Of a stretch of DNA of 47,622 nt, positions 8,794 to 18,122 are shown in pieces (within the stretch, counting starts at the first letter, position 1; every line of letters starts with the position of its first letter). The notes beneath the pieces are model-generated. The model did no database searches, had not been told where the DNA came from, and saw only the letters and a list, made by a program, of their open reading frames with translations. The position numbers and the translations under genes are program-made. Location of the stretch: assembly GCA_017960745.1 (NCBI GenBank), contig JAGCYN010000021.1, forward strand, positions 1-47,622, in the 5' to 3' direction. Source of the DNA: Alphaproteobacteria bacterium (GTDB taxonomy: Bacteria > Pseudomonadota > Alphaproteobacteria > RF32 > CAG-239).

Positions 8794-11238
8794 TTAATCT
8801 TTCTGCAAATCAGAGCGATCTTCTTGTTTTTTCTCACTTTTTCGGTCTTCGTTGGCCTTATCTCCGTTATAAACAACCAACTGATTGAACGGAATTTCAA
8901 TACCGTTTTCTGCAAATTTCTTAAAGATTATATAGCGCAAATCGCTCGGTCTGGTCCAAGAATCCCACAAATTTTTGATGTAAAAACGCAACTCAAAATC
9001 CAAACTGCTGGCCCCGAAATCTTGGAACAAAACATACGGCGCCGGATATTTCAAAATATCTTTACACTCTTTGACGCTGTCCAATAAAACTTGGCGCACC
9101 AATTCCGGATCGGAACCATATGAAACGCCGACTTTGACCGTTTGTCGTGCCATATTATCACCGTGCGTTAAATTGGTTACCGAACTGGAAATCAATGTGG
9201 CGTTCGGCACAATAACGCTGGTACGCTTGAATGTTTCCATTTCGGTCGAACGAATGTTGATTTGTTTGATTTTACCTTCTTCACCGTTCAAAACAACCCA
9301 ATCGCCAACTCTGAACGGACGTTCCAGCAAGATAATAATGCCGGCCACAAGGTTTTTAATTACATCCTGTAAACCGAAACCGATACCGACTGAAAGAGCA
9401 CCGGCGATGAATGCAAGGCTTGTTAAGTCAATGCCCATCGCAATAATCGCCAACAGCGTTGCCACAATAAAACCGATAAAGCTAACGCCGGAGACCAGCG
9501 AATGCTTGATGCCGTCATCAATATCAATCTTAGAAAGGATATTATCGTTAAGCTTATTTTTGATAATTTTAACAACCGTCAACGAAATAAAGAATACCGA
9601 TATACCCAGCGCAATTGCAATTAACGAAATCTGAATACCGCCAATCTTAAAACCGAATAACAATTTTTTGGCGACTTGAAGCAGAAAATCACCCGGCAAT
9701 CCCCATAAATTCAATAAGGTAAAAATAAGCATTAAACCGATGGCCGGATTGATAACGGCGCGCATCCAAAAATCTATTTTAGCCGATATTCGTTTACTGC
9801 TGCGATATTTGCGCATCCATGGCATTGAGGCAATGATTTTTTGCAAAATATCAATCAAAGAGCGGCGCAGTACTTCGAAAAGACCGCAAAGAATGAGCGT
9901 CATGATAATATGGCGCAAAATAAACAGCGACAATTCCGGATAGCCGAACAATGAAGCCGCAAAAATCGTCATACAGAAAACGTGTGATAACAAAATTAGC
10001 TTAAAACTGTGCGAAACCTCAATATCTTCATCTTCCGAACTTATATCTTCGGCAAAATCATCCTTATAGGTATCAAAGGCAATCTTGGATATAAACATTA
10101 AAAAGAACGCGATCACGGCACACGAAATAATCATCACAAAATGAATCGTTTCAACCGAATATTCCACTTCCTGCGCAATATAAACCTGAATGGAAGCAAT
10201 TGCGTTCAAGATAATAAAGGTAAAAATCAAATGCGTAAACCGTGCCGCTTTTTCGGTCGAAATATTAACCAAACGCCACTGCGGATAATTCGGGGCAAAT
10301 GTCACGCGTGAAATGGTTGCTTCAACAATAGCCAACAAGCTGGTAAATGCGGCTGTCATCAAAACCGTATCCAGCAAACTGCCGGCAAAAATCTTCGTAC
10401 TGACCATCCACAAAATACAGCCGATGATTAAAAAGGCAAAAATCAGCCCGCGCGCCGTTGCAACGGCAATCGCCGCCACCAACTTGCGGTTAAATGTCGG
10501 TTCCTTAATTTCTTCCTTATAACCGAAAGTTCTTAAAATGAAACGTCGCAAGAAAATGGCCATCGTGAGCGCAATCATCAAAATCACGCACATCAACACG
10601 ATATTAAAAATGGCATACGAACGCTGTTCTGCCGGTAAATTATTATACCAGTCTACCGGCGATTTAACTACATCCCAGAAGAAGATAACGTATGCTTTCA
10701 CACCGTTGAAAAACACCAGCGGATTGATAAATGCCGACTGTTTGGTCATCAAATCGCCATATATTTTTTGGTTACGCAAATTCAAAATCTTGCCGGTTAA
10801 ATCTTCCATTTGGATAACCAATAAATCCGCTTCCTTAAGAATTCGATCTTGCGATGCCAGTCTGAGCGAAAGCTCGTCACGTTGTTTGGTAATGGCAATA
10901 TCTTCGGGATTGCCGTCTTGAGCATCTCCCAAAGCATCAAGCTGCTTTTGTAAAAACTTTACTTCTTTTTCGATTTCTTCGTGTTTCTTGGCAATACTGG
11001 CTTCCGTGCCGGTCAAATATGAAACATACTCATCAATTTTTTCGCGGGTAACATTGCCTTTAATCTTATTTTCGATAACCGTTATTTTTTTACGAATATC
11101 CGTAAAATCAATCGTTTCCGAATCTTGTTGCACAACCGGTTTGGCCGACGGCCTTGAAGGCGGCTGCGCCGTGCCGGCCGTAACCGCCGACATCATCAAC
11201 AGGAAAGCTAAAAGCAGAATTTTTACCAATTTACCCAT
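8794..11238 (-). CDS. Large mechanosensitive channel, MscS family (MscK/MscM-like)
   Basis: 814 aa with a signal peptide, a periplasmic coiled region and about 11 TM helices. Conserved MscS core GIGFGLQDVIKNLVAGIIILLERPFRVGDWV. The start lies 5 nt after the upstream stop. Confidence 0.85.
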   Translation of the reverse strand: MGKLVKILLLAFLLMMSAVTAGTAQPPSRPSAKPVVQQDSETIDFTDIRKKITVIENKIKGNVTREKIDEYVSYLTGTEASIAKKHEEIEKEVKFLQKQLDALGDAQDGNPEDIAITKQRDELSLRLASQDRILKEADLLVIQMEDLTGKILNLRNQKIYGDLMTKQSAFINPLVFFNGVKAYVIFFWDVVKSPVDWYNNLPAEQRSYAIFNIVLMCVILMIALTMAIFLRRFILRTFGYKEEIKEPTFNRKLVAAIAVATARGLIFAFLIIGCILWMVSTKIFAGSLLDTVLMTAAFTSLLAIVEATISRVTFAPNYPQWRLVNISTEKAARFTHLIFTFIILNAIASIQVYIAQEVEYSVETIHFVMIISCAVIAFFLMFISKIAFDTYKDDFAEDISSEDEDIEVSHSFKLILLSHVFCMTIFAASLFGYPELSLFILRHIIMTLILCGLFEVLRRSLIDILQKIIASMPWMRKYRSSKRISAKIDFWMRAVINPAIGLMLIFTLLNLWGLPGDFLLQVAKKLLFGFKIGGIQISLIAIALGISVFFISLTVVKIIKNKLNDNILSKIDIDDGIKHSLVSGVSFIGFIVATLLAIIAMGIDLTSLAFIAGALSVGIGFGLQDVIKNLVAGIIILLERPFRVGDWVVLNGEEGKIKQINIRSTEMETFKRTSVIVPNATLISSSVTNLTHGDNMARQTVKVGVSYGSDPELVRQVLLDSVKECKDILKYPAPYVLFQDFGASSLDFELRFYIKNLWDSWTRPSDLRYIIFKKFAENGIEIPFNQLVVYNGDKANEDRKSEKKQEDRSDLQKD

Positions 11239-11243
11239 TGTTT

Positions 11244-12254
11244 TTATCCTTGTTTTTTAAGCATTATTTTCAACAAACCGTATGCGTTTTGTGCCGTTCC
11301 CGCGCGCAAATCATCGGCAACACTCCAAAAGCTGAAACCGTTTTCAACGGAAACATCTTGTCGTAAGCGACTGACATAAATATCGCCTTCGCCTTGAACA
11401 TCGTTGATGGAAACATAGCCGCAATCAACGTGTTTATCAAACACAACCACCCCTTTGGTATCACGCATCATATTGCGAACCTCATCAACATCAACTTCTT
11501 TTTCGCATTCAACGTTAATATAAGCGCCGATACCGATAAACGCCGGAATGACGGCGCAGTTGGCATGAACCTTAATATCTTTATTCAATATTTTTTTGAT
11601 TTCAACATTAGCCGCCCACTCACGCGCCGTTTCATCGCCGATAAATTCCCCGACTTGCGGCAAAACATTAAACGCAATCTGCTTATGAAAAATTTGTTCG
11701 TCATCAACCAACGGCTCATTCATAAAAATTTTTCGCGTTTGAGCAAACAACTCATCCATCGCTTCTTTGCCATAAACCGAAGCGGCCATGTAAGTGCTTA
11801 TAACCAAGCGCTTAATCGTCAGCTTTTCGGCAATTTTCTGCAAAGGTATCAAGGTTTGCAAAACCAGCGGCGACGGCAAAGAAATAATGCCTTTACGCGC
11901 CTCACCGATTTGTTCCGGATTGATTTCCGGAATAATCAACGGAACGTCGCTGTCTGTGGTGTAAGCGCCGGAACAATCAATAACAAAAGCGCCTTTGGCC
12001 AGCGCCCTCGGCACATAATGTTTGGAAACTTCTTCAGAAGTGCAAAAAACGACTATTTTCGCCGAAGCAAAATCAAAATCTCGCAAATTAAAGACGTCCA
12101 TATCCACGTCTTCGCCGTAAGAAATCTGCGTACCGAGCGGACAATCCGTATCAACGGCAAAAATATCGTCCGGTGATGTGTTGTTTTCTTCCAAAATGTT
12201 TAACAGCTCACGGCCGCAACTGTTCATAACCCCGATAACAGCAACTTTTTTCAT
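11244..12254 (-). CDS. asd: Aspartate-semialdehyde dehydrogenase family protein, apparently catalytically degenerate
   Basis: Full-length similarity to alpha-type Asd (VPLIIPEINPEQI, KRLVISTY, KQIAFNVLPQ, VENGFSFWSVADDLRAG). The start is set at the ATG preceded by AAGGA. The ORF also extends 6 codons upstream to 12272. Catalytic motifs are replaced (see findings). Confidence 0.75.
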   Translation of the reverse strand: MKKVAVIGVMNSCGRELLNILEENNTSPDDIFAVDTDCPLGTQISYGEDVDMDVFNLRDFDFASAKIVVFCTSEEVSKHYVPRALAKGAFVIDCSGAYTTDSDVPLIIPEINPEQIGEARKGIISLPSPLVLQTLIPLQKIAEKLTIKRLVISTYMAASVYGKEAMDELFAQTRKIFMNEPLVDDEQIFHKQIAFNVLPQVGEFIGDETAREWAANVEIKKILNKDIKVHANCAVIPAFIGIGAYINVECEKEVDVDEVRNMMRDTKGVVVFDKHVDCGYVSINDVQGEGDIYVSRLRQDVSVENGFSFWSVADDLRAGTAQNAYGLLKIMLKKQG

Positions 12255-12392
12255 CTCAAACATCCTTTGCAAATTCTGTAATCGGATGCATTGTATCGAA
12301 AAAAGATTAAAAGGTTATAAATTTTTAAGAATTTTTATAATTTTTGCTTTAAAACCGCTGAAGCGCCCTTTTTCAAGGACGCTTCATGTCGA

Positions 12393-12635
12393 TTAATGAT
12401 TACGAGTGCCGCGGCAATTGTACGCACTGGTGGCACTTGTGTTCTGAGAACGCAACTCGGTTCCCTCAGCATTTTGATTCCTTTTCTTCTTGTCGAAAGG
12501 CCCGTCGTCGGAAAATTTAATTTCCACTTCTTTGCCCGGCAGACCGACGATTTGTTCAATCACAATCTCTTTACGCTCAGGCGGCGGTACGGGGCTCGGC
12601 GTGGTGAAGAAACAGGCAAGAACTAAACTCATCAT
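12393..12635 (-). CDS. Small hypothetical protein, possible lipoprotein
   Basis: N-terminus MMSLVLAC is lipobox-like, followed by a Pro-rich stretch. There is no clear SD, and the ORF track starts it at a TTG at 12641. Confidence 0.3.
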   Translation of the reverse strand: MMSLVLACFFTTPSPVPPPERKEIVIEQIVGLPGKEVEIKFSDDGPFDKKKRNQNAEGTELRSQNTSATSAYNCRGTRNH

Positions 12636-12647
12636 ACGCAATGAATA

Positions 12648-13058
12648 TTACAGGTTAAAATAAGTTGGTGAAATCTTTGTCAGACGCTGATGCTTATCCG
12701 TGGCAACCGGCTTGTAGCGCGGCATACCGTTGATGGTATCTGCCTTGTCATAGGTAACGCCGTCGATTTTGAAGCGCCCGTTAACATTTGTCTGCGCGGC
12801 CATCTGATGATTGTTGACAACCTGCGTGGCGCCGGAAGCAACATCAACCAAAACCGCTTGTTCGCCGGCTTGCTTCACGAAGGCATAAAAAGGTTTGCCG
12901 GAAACGTGATTGAAAGCGGGCATACGGAGCACAACCTTGGAAAGCGTGACACTCTTTTCGACAGAATCGAGATTGAGGATCTTGATGATTTCGTCGGCTT
13001 TACCGTTAGCGATAAAAGCATTCAGCTTAGATGCGCAAATAGACTTCTTCTTGCTCAT
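12648..13058 (-). CDS. Hypothetical protein (136 aa)
   Basis: Clean ORF in the same orientation as its neighbours. No family recognised. Confidence 0.5.
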   Translation of the reverse strand: MSKKKSICASKLNAFIANGKADEIIKILNLDSVEKSVTLSKVVLRMPAFNHVSGKPFYAFVKQAGEQAVLVDVASGATQVVNNHQMAAQTNVNGRFKIDGVTYDKADTINGMPRYKPVATDKHQRLTKISPTYFNL

Positions 13059-13149
13059 AAATTTTAGGAATTTAGGGTTAATAAATATAAATACTTAGTC
13101 ACTGGGGACTCTTATAACATTTATTTTTGTCTAAATCAAGCAAAAGTTT

Positions 13150-14748
13150 TTATTTTTTGCATTTTGCAAATAAATCAAGGTCTTGCACATATTCTGTGGT
13201 GTGAATTCCGCCGACGCTCAGAACCGAATGGAAGAAATTATCATGCGAAATCGGCTCGGATGCCGAATCCGTTAAACATTCTTTGTCTAAATTTAAAGCG
13301 GCAAAAGTTTCATCTTCCGCCCAAATGAAAAACGGAATATCCTTTTGCTCTTGCGGCGCAATAATATACGGTGCCGAATGCAAATAAATATTGTTTTCGC
13401 CCAGCGATTCGCCATGGTCGGAAACGTAAAAAAGCATGATGTTATAATCCTTTTTATACGGCGCAACCGTTGCAATGATATCGGCAATATTTTGCGACGT
13501 GTAGTCAATTGTATTGTCGTAAACATTAATCAGTTCTTCATGCGAACACTCATCCAGCTTTTCAGTATTGCAGGCCGGCAAATACGGCGCCTTTTCCGGT
13601 TTATAGCGTTTAAAATATTTCGGGCCGTGACTGCCGATTTGGTGCAAAACAATAACGGTGTTCTGCGGCTCTTTCGGCATACTTTTGCCGATTTCCGGCA
13701 GCATCACGGCATCCAAACAATCCGCTTCCTGCGGATAGGCGCGACAAGGATACAACGTTTCGATTCGAGGGCAAATATCCTTGCAATCGCTGTTATTTTC
13801 CACCCATACCACATGATAACCGCCGCGTTTCATCACATCCAACAAATTTTCGGTATAAGCCATACTGCCGCTGACAAAATCCGCGCGTTTGTTCCTAGAA
13901 AACATACATGGTAGCGACACCGCCGTTGATGTGCCGCAGGAAACGGCGTGCGGATAGTTGATAATGTTCTGTTTATAGCCGTTTAACGGTGCATTGGTGT
14001 CGCGCTCATAGCCGTTAAACGAAAAATGATCGGCACGTGCGGTTTCGCCGACAATCAGCACCAACAGGTTCTTTTTATCGTTTTGCCAATATTTTTCAAA
14101 ACGGGCATCGCGACCGATTTCCATAAATTCATGATTTTCGCGATAATATTTTTTAACCATGCTGTTGACGGCGCTGATATAATTAACCGGTATCAGCTGA
14201 TATTTCAACGGTTTATGGCTGCGCACAAACGGCGCGGTTTTTTGAAAGCTTACGGCAATCGGCGTGACGGCAATCAAAATTAACCCCAGAATCAAAAAAG
14301 TTTTAGCTTTAACCGATGTTTTAGGCGCAAACTGCAACCGCCAAATCAATAAACACGGCAAAAAACCCAACAACAAAATATATGCCGCCCATTTCCAATT
14401 CAGCAAATCTTGAGTTTCAGCCCAGTTTGTCTGCAACGTGTTGCGCAACATTTCATCATCAATGTAAACATTGTAGGTTTTCACAAAATAAAAAACACTG
14501 CCGTTAATCAGCAAAAACAGCCACGATAACGGTTTAACGGTGTGTTTATGAAACAAGATAAAACAACACAGCGAACCGAGCGCCCATAAAACCACAAAAG
14601 AACCTATCGTAAAAAGCAAGCTGCTTTCCCGATAAACCTTTTCAAAAAACACTGTATTGAAAGCCAGCAAGTTGTATAACATGAAAAGAATGTCGTAGGT
14701 TTCCAGCCGAACGAATATCTTCTTTTTGTTTACAACTTCTTCCATCAT
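13150..14748 (-). CDS. eptA: Phosphoethanolamine transferase, EptA/MCR family
   Basis: 532 aa with 5 N-terminal TM helices and a sulfatase-fold domain. Family motifs GETARADHFSFNGYERDTNAPL and SDHGESLGENNIYLHS are present. Confidence 0.85.
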   Translation of the reverse strand: MMEEVVNKKKIFVRLETYDILFMLYNLLAFNTVFFEKVYRESSLLFTIGSFVVLWALGSLCCFILFHKHTVKPLSWLFLLINGSVFYFVKTYNVYIDDEMLRNTLQTNWAETQDLLNWKWAAYILLLGFLPCLLIWRLQFAPKTSVKAKTFLILGLILIAVTPIAVSFQKTAPFVRSHKPLKYQLIPVNYISAVNSMVKKYYRENHEFMEIGRDARFEKYWQNDKKNLLVLIVGETARADHFSFNGYERDTNAPLNGYKQNIINYPHAVSCGTSTAVSLPCMFSRNKRADFVSGSMAYTENLLDVMKRGGYHVVWVENNSDCKDICPRIETLYPCRAYPQEADCLDAVMLPEIGKSMPKEPQNTVIVLHQIGSHGPKYFKRYKPEKAPYLPACNTEKLDECSHEELINVYDNTIDYTSQNIADIIATVAPYKKDYNIMLFYVSDHGESLGENNIYLHSAPYIIAPQEQKDIPFFIWAEDETFAALNLDKECLTDSASEPISHDNFFHSVLSVGGIHTTEYVQDLDLFAKCKK

Positions 14749-14760
14749 CAGTCCGCCGAA

Positions 14761-15666
14761 TTAAGCCACCAATTCTTTCACTTTGGAAATTGCTTCATTG
14801 ATTTTGCTGACATCAACACCGCCGGCCTGAGCCATATCCGGTCTGCCGCCACCGCCTTTGCCGCCTAAAACTTCGGCAGCCGCACGCACAAAATCAACCG
14901 CGTTGTATTTATCGGTTAAATCCTGACTGACGCCGACAACCACTGATGCTTTATTATCTTTATCCGAGCATAAAACCACCACACCGGAACCGATATTTTG
15001 CATAATATCGTCCACAAACGATTTTAATTCTTTCGGATGTGTATCCGGCACCGTTTTACCGACAAACTTAACACCGTTCACAATTTCCGTTTCGTTTTGT
15101 GATTTTGCCTGACCGCCGGCCAAACTCTTTTTCAAATTAAAGATTTCGGCTTCAAGTTTCTTGCGTTCTTCCAACATGCCGTTGATACGATTTTCCATAT
15201 CGTTGATATTGGTTTTCAACATGGCGGAAACCTGATGCAGTTTATCTTCAATCGAGCGAACGTAACAATCGGCGCCGTAACCGGTAACACATTCCAAACG
15301 ACGGACACCGGCCGCCACGGCAGATTCCGAAACAATGTGGAAATAACCGATATTACCGGTTGAGCAAACGTGTGTACCGCCGCAAAGTTCGCGCGAGAAC
15401 GGCGCTTTTTCATCACCCATGGTCACCACGCGGACATCATCGCCGTATTTTTCATCAAACAGCGCCATCGCGCCGAGTTTTACCGCCTCATCTTTGTTCA
15501 TAATCACGGTATTTACCTTCAAATCACGGCAAATCTGCTCGTTGACAATATCTTCAACCTGTCGCAACTGCTCTGCCGTAACCTGTTTCGGATGCGAAAT
15601 ATCAAAGCGCATTCTGCCGGCTTCCACCGCCGAACCTTTTTGTGCCACATGATCGCCCAAAACCAT
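14761..15666 (-). CDS. alaS: Alanine--tRNA ligase, C-terminal fragment (editing-domain remainder + C-Ala/DHHA1)
   Basis: VLGDHVAQKGS...RFDISH, ELCGGTH and the GGKGGGRPDMAQAGG motifs of AlaRS. It is in frame with the upstream fragment, separated from it by one TAG and 6 sense codons. Confidence 0.85.
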   Translation of the reverse strand: MVLGDHVAQKGSAVEAGRMRFDISHPKQVTAEQLRQVEDIVNEQICRDLKVNTVIMNKDEAVKLGAMALFDEKYGDDVRVVTMGDEKAPFSRELCGGTHVCSTGNIGYFHIVSESAVAAGVRRLECVTGYGADCYVRSIEDKLHQVSAMLKTNINDMENRINGMLEERKKLEAEIFNLKKSLAGGQAKSQNETEIVNGVKFVGKTVPDTHPKELKSFVDDIMQNIGSGVVVLCSDKDNKASVVVGVSQDLTDKYNAVDFVRAAAEVLGGKGGGGRPDMAQAGGVDVSKINEAISKVKELVA

Positions 15667-15684
15667 TTTCAGAGCTTTATGAGC

Positions 15685-17391
15685 CTAGTGTGTTACCGAG
15701 TGGTTGGCACAAATACGACTACGATTGGTTTCATCAACTTCAAAATTGGCAAAAGCACCGACTTTAACCGTACCGTCTTCCAATTCGCAGACATGAACGA
15801 AAACATTGTCCAGCTTGCGTTTGCAATCCACCACTTTCGCCGTAAAATCTTTTGAGGTAATCACACCGATATCGCCGACCTGACCGCCGCATTCACCGTA
15901 AAACGGCGTTTGGTTGGCCACCAACTCGAATTTACCGCTTGTAACACTCGAAACTTCCTGACCGTTCTGAACCAACGCTTTGATTTCGCCGTCAGCTTTT
16001 AATGTGTTATAGCCGAGAAATTCCGTGGCGCCGCATTTATCCTGAATGCCGTACCAAACTTTTTCAACCCCGGCATCACCCGAACCGGCCCAGTTTTTAC
16101 GGGCTTCGGCTTTTTGTCTTTCCATGCAGGCATCAAAACCCTCAACATCAACCTCGATATCCTTGCTTTTCAAGGCATCTTGCGTTAAGTCAAGCGGAAA
16201 ACCGTAGGTATCATAAAGTTTGAACGCTGTTTCGCCGCTCAATTTGGAACCTTTCGGTAAATCAGCAATTTCTTCATCCAGCAGACGCATACCTTTATCC
16301 AGCGTGCGACCGAAACGCTCTTCTTCAATGGCAATGGTTTCTTTAATTAAATTTTCGCGGGCATAAAGTTCCGGATAAGCCTCGCCCATTTCCTTTTGCA
16401 ACACCGGCAACAACTTATAAATCATCGGATCTTTAACCCCGAGCAGATAAGCATGGCGCATCGCACGACGCATAATACGGCGCAAAACATAGCCACGGCC
16501 TTCATTAGACGGCAAAACCCCGTCGGCAATCAAAAAGCAAATGGCACGCAAGTGGTCGGCAATAACGTTATGAGAGGCTTTAAGCGGACCGTTTGGATCG
16601 GTATTTGCCAAATCGGCAATTGCTTTAATAATGTGCTGAAACATATCGGTTTCAAAGTTTGAGTGAACACCTTGCAAAATTGCCGCAATACGCTCCAAAC
16701 CCATGCCGGTATCAATAGACGGACGTTTTAAATTAATGCGCGAACCGTCAGGCAAGTCTTCAAACTGGTCAAACACCAAGTTCCAAATTTCAATGTATCG
16801 GTCACCGTCTTCTTCCGGCGTTCCCGGCAGACCGCCCCACACTTCCGGACCATGGTCATAAAAAATTTCCGAACACGGACCGCACGGACCGGTATCGCCC
16901 ATCTGCCAAAAATTGTCTTTTGTTGCAATACGGATAATTCTGTCTTCCGGCAATCCGGAAACTTTTTTCCAAATATTGTGAGCCTCGTCATCGTTATGAT
17001 AAATCGTTACCGCCAATTTTTCTTTCGGCAGACAAAATTCTTTGGTTAACAGTTCCCAAGCATACGGAATGGCATAATCTTTGAAATAATCGCCGAATGA
17101 AAAATTGCCGAGCATTTCAAAAAACGTATGGTGACGAACGTCATATCCGACGCTGTCCAAGTCGTTATGTTTACCGCCGGCGCGAACACTTTTTTGGGCG
17201 GTTGTCGCTCGCGTATAATCGCGTGTTTCATTTCCGGCAAGAATATTTTTAAACTGCACCATACCGGAATTTGTGAACATCAAAGTCGGATCATTATCCG
17301 GCACCAAAGACGAAGACGGAATAACTTTATGTCCGTTCTTGGCAAAATAATCCAAAAAAGTTTTACGAATTTCATTAACGCTGACAACCAT
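15685..17391 (-). CDS. alaS: Alanine--tRNA ligase, N-terminal fragment (catalytic + tRNA-recognition domains), ending at an in-frame TAG
   Basis: [36 protein letters not shown] and other class II AlaRS motifs. It ends ...NHSVTH-TAG, inside the conserved HxxxH of the editing domain. Confidence 0.9.
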   Translation of the reverse strand: MVVSVNEIRKTFLDYFAKNGHKVIPSSSLVPDNDPTLMFTNSGMVQFKNILAGNETRDYTRATTAQKSVRAGGKHNDLDSVGYDVRHHTFFEMLGNFSFGDYFKDYAIPYAWELLTKEFCLPKEKLAVTIYHNDDEAHNIWKKVSGLPEDRIIRIATKDNFWQMGDTGPCGPCSEIFYDHGPEVWGGLPGTPEEDGDRYIEIWNLVFDQFEDLPDGSRINLKRPSIDTGMGLERIAAILQGVHSNFETDMFQHIIKAIADLANTDPNGPLKASHNVIADHLRAICFLIADGVLPSNEGRGYVLRRIMRRAMRHAYLLGVKDPMIYKLLPVLQKEMGEAYPELYARENLIKETIAIEEERFGRTLDKGMRLLDEEIADLPKGSKLSGETAFKLYDTYGFPLDLTQDALKSKDIEVDVEGFDACMERQKAEARKNWAGSGDAGVEKVWYGIQDKCGATEFLGYNTLKADGEIKALVQNGQEVSSVTSGKFELVANQTPFYGECGGQVGDIGVITSKDFTAKVVDCKRKLDNVFVHVCELEDGTVKVGAFANFEVDETNRSRICANHSVTH

Positions 17392-17482
17392 TGTGATCTA
17401 TCCTTAACATTGCAACTAAATTGTTATCCGCCACAAACTAGCGCAATATTAAAGCTTTGTCCAGTATAAATTGCAAAAATTT

Positions 17483-17980
17483 TTATCCAACGTAAACAAT
17501 GCCGTTCAATTCAATGACAACCCAGTTCAAATATGAGGCAAAAAACAGCCACATCAGGTAAGGAAAAAGCATTATTCCGGCGGCGCGGCGCAGTTTATAA
17601 AATATCTCCATCATCACCAAAGTCAAAACATCTAAAACGATAATGACCGCCAGACCGGCCAAAAAATGTGCACAGGCAAAAAATACATAACACCACAGTG
17701 CCTGCAGAAACATACTGCCGATAAATAAAAAATTTGCCGCTTTTAACAGCGTTTTGTTCGGTTTTTTGACCATCAAAATCAAATAAAAAGCGTTAATCAG
17801 CAAAACATACAACACGGCCCAGACAATCGGAAACACATGATTCGGCGGCGTTAAATCAGAAAGTTTAATCAAAGAATAAAAACTATCCATGCCGATATTA
17901 TTGAAATAACTCGCAAAAACGGCGGAAACAGCCACAATGATAAAACTGTATATAAAGTTCTGCATCGGTTTGGCAAACAT
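17483..17980 (-). CDS. tspO: TspO/MBR family tryptophan-rich sensory protein
   Basis: 165 aa with 5 TM helices and the PPNHVFPIVWAVLYVLL motif typical of TspO. Confidence 0.7.
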   Translation of the reverse strand: MFAKPMQNFIYSFIIVAVSAVFASYFNNIGMDSFYSLIKLSDLTPPNHVFPIVWAVLYVLLINAFYLILMVKKPNKTLLKAANFLFIGSMFLQALWCYVFFACAHFLAGLAVIIVLDVLTLVMMEIFYKLRRAAGIMLFPYLMWLFFASYLNWVVIELNGIVYVG

Positions 17981-18122
17981 TTTTTTCTCCTTTTCACAGG
18001 CTTAAAATAATAGGCAGAGCCGACTTTTCAAGAACCGATAAAGAAATAAAATTTTTGCGAAAAAAATATTGATTTTTGTCAAAAATAGCGTATGATGATA
18101 CATATTCTGAGGAGAAACCGAC

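Noticed and set aside
11394-12176. 260-aa plus-strand ORF antisense to the asd-like gene. Similar long antisense ORFs occur at 5462-6109, 8016-8408, 13345-13914, 34034-34825, 40179-40721 and 44755-45369.
   Set aside because: Each lies fully inside a gene with clear family motifs on the other strand. Each has Arg/Ile/Phe/Asn-rich junk composition.
15685-15687. Genome-wide reassignment of TAG to a sense codon as the explanation for the alaS interruption
   Set aside because: TAG ends aas at the expected C-terminus. TAG also ends the MmcQ-like gene, directly before a strong terminator that would otherwise be translated. This is not excluded, but the window gives no support. A local error, mutation or read-through is more parsimonious.
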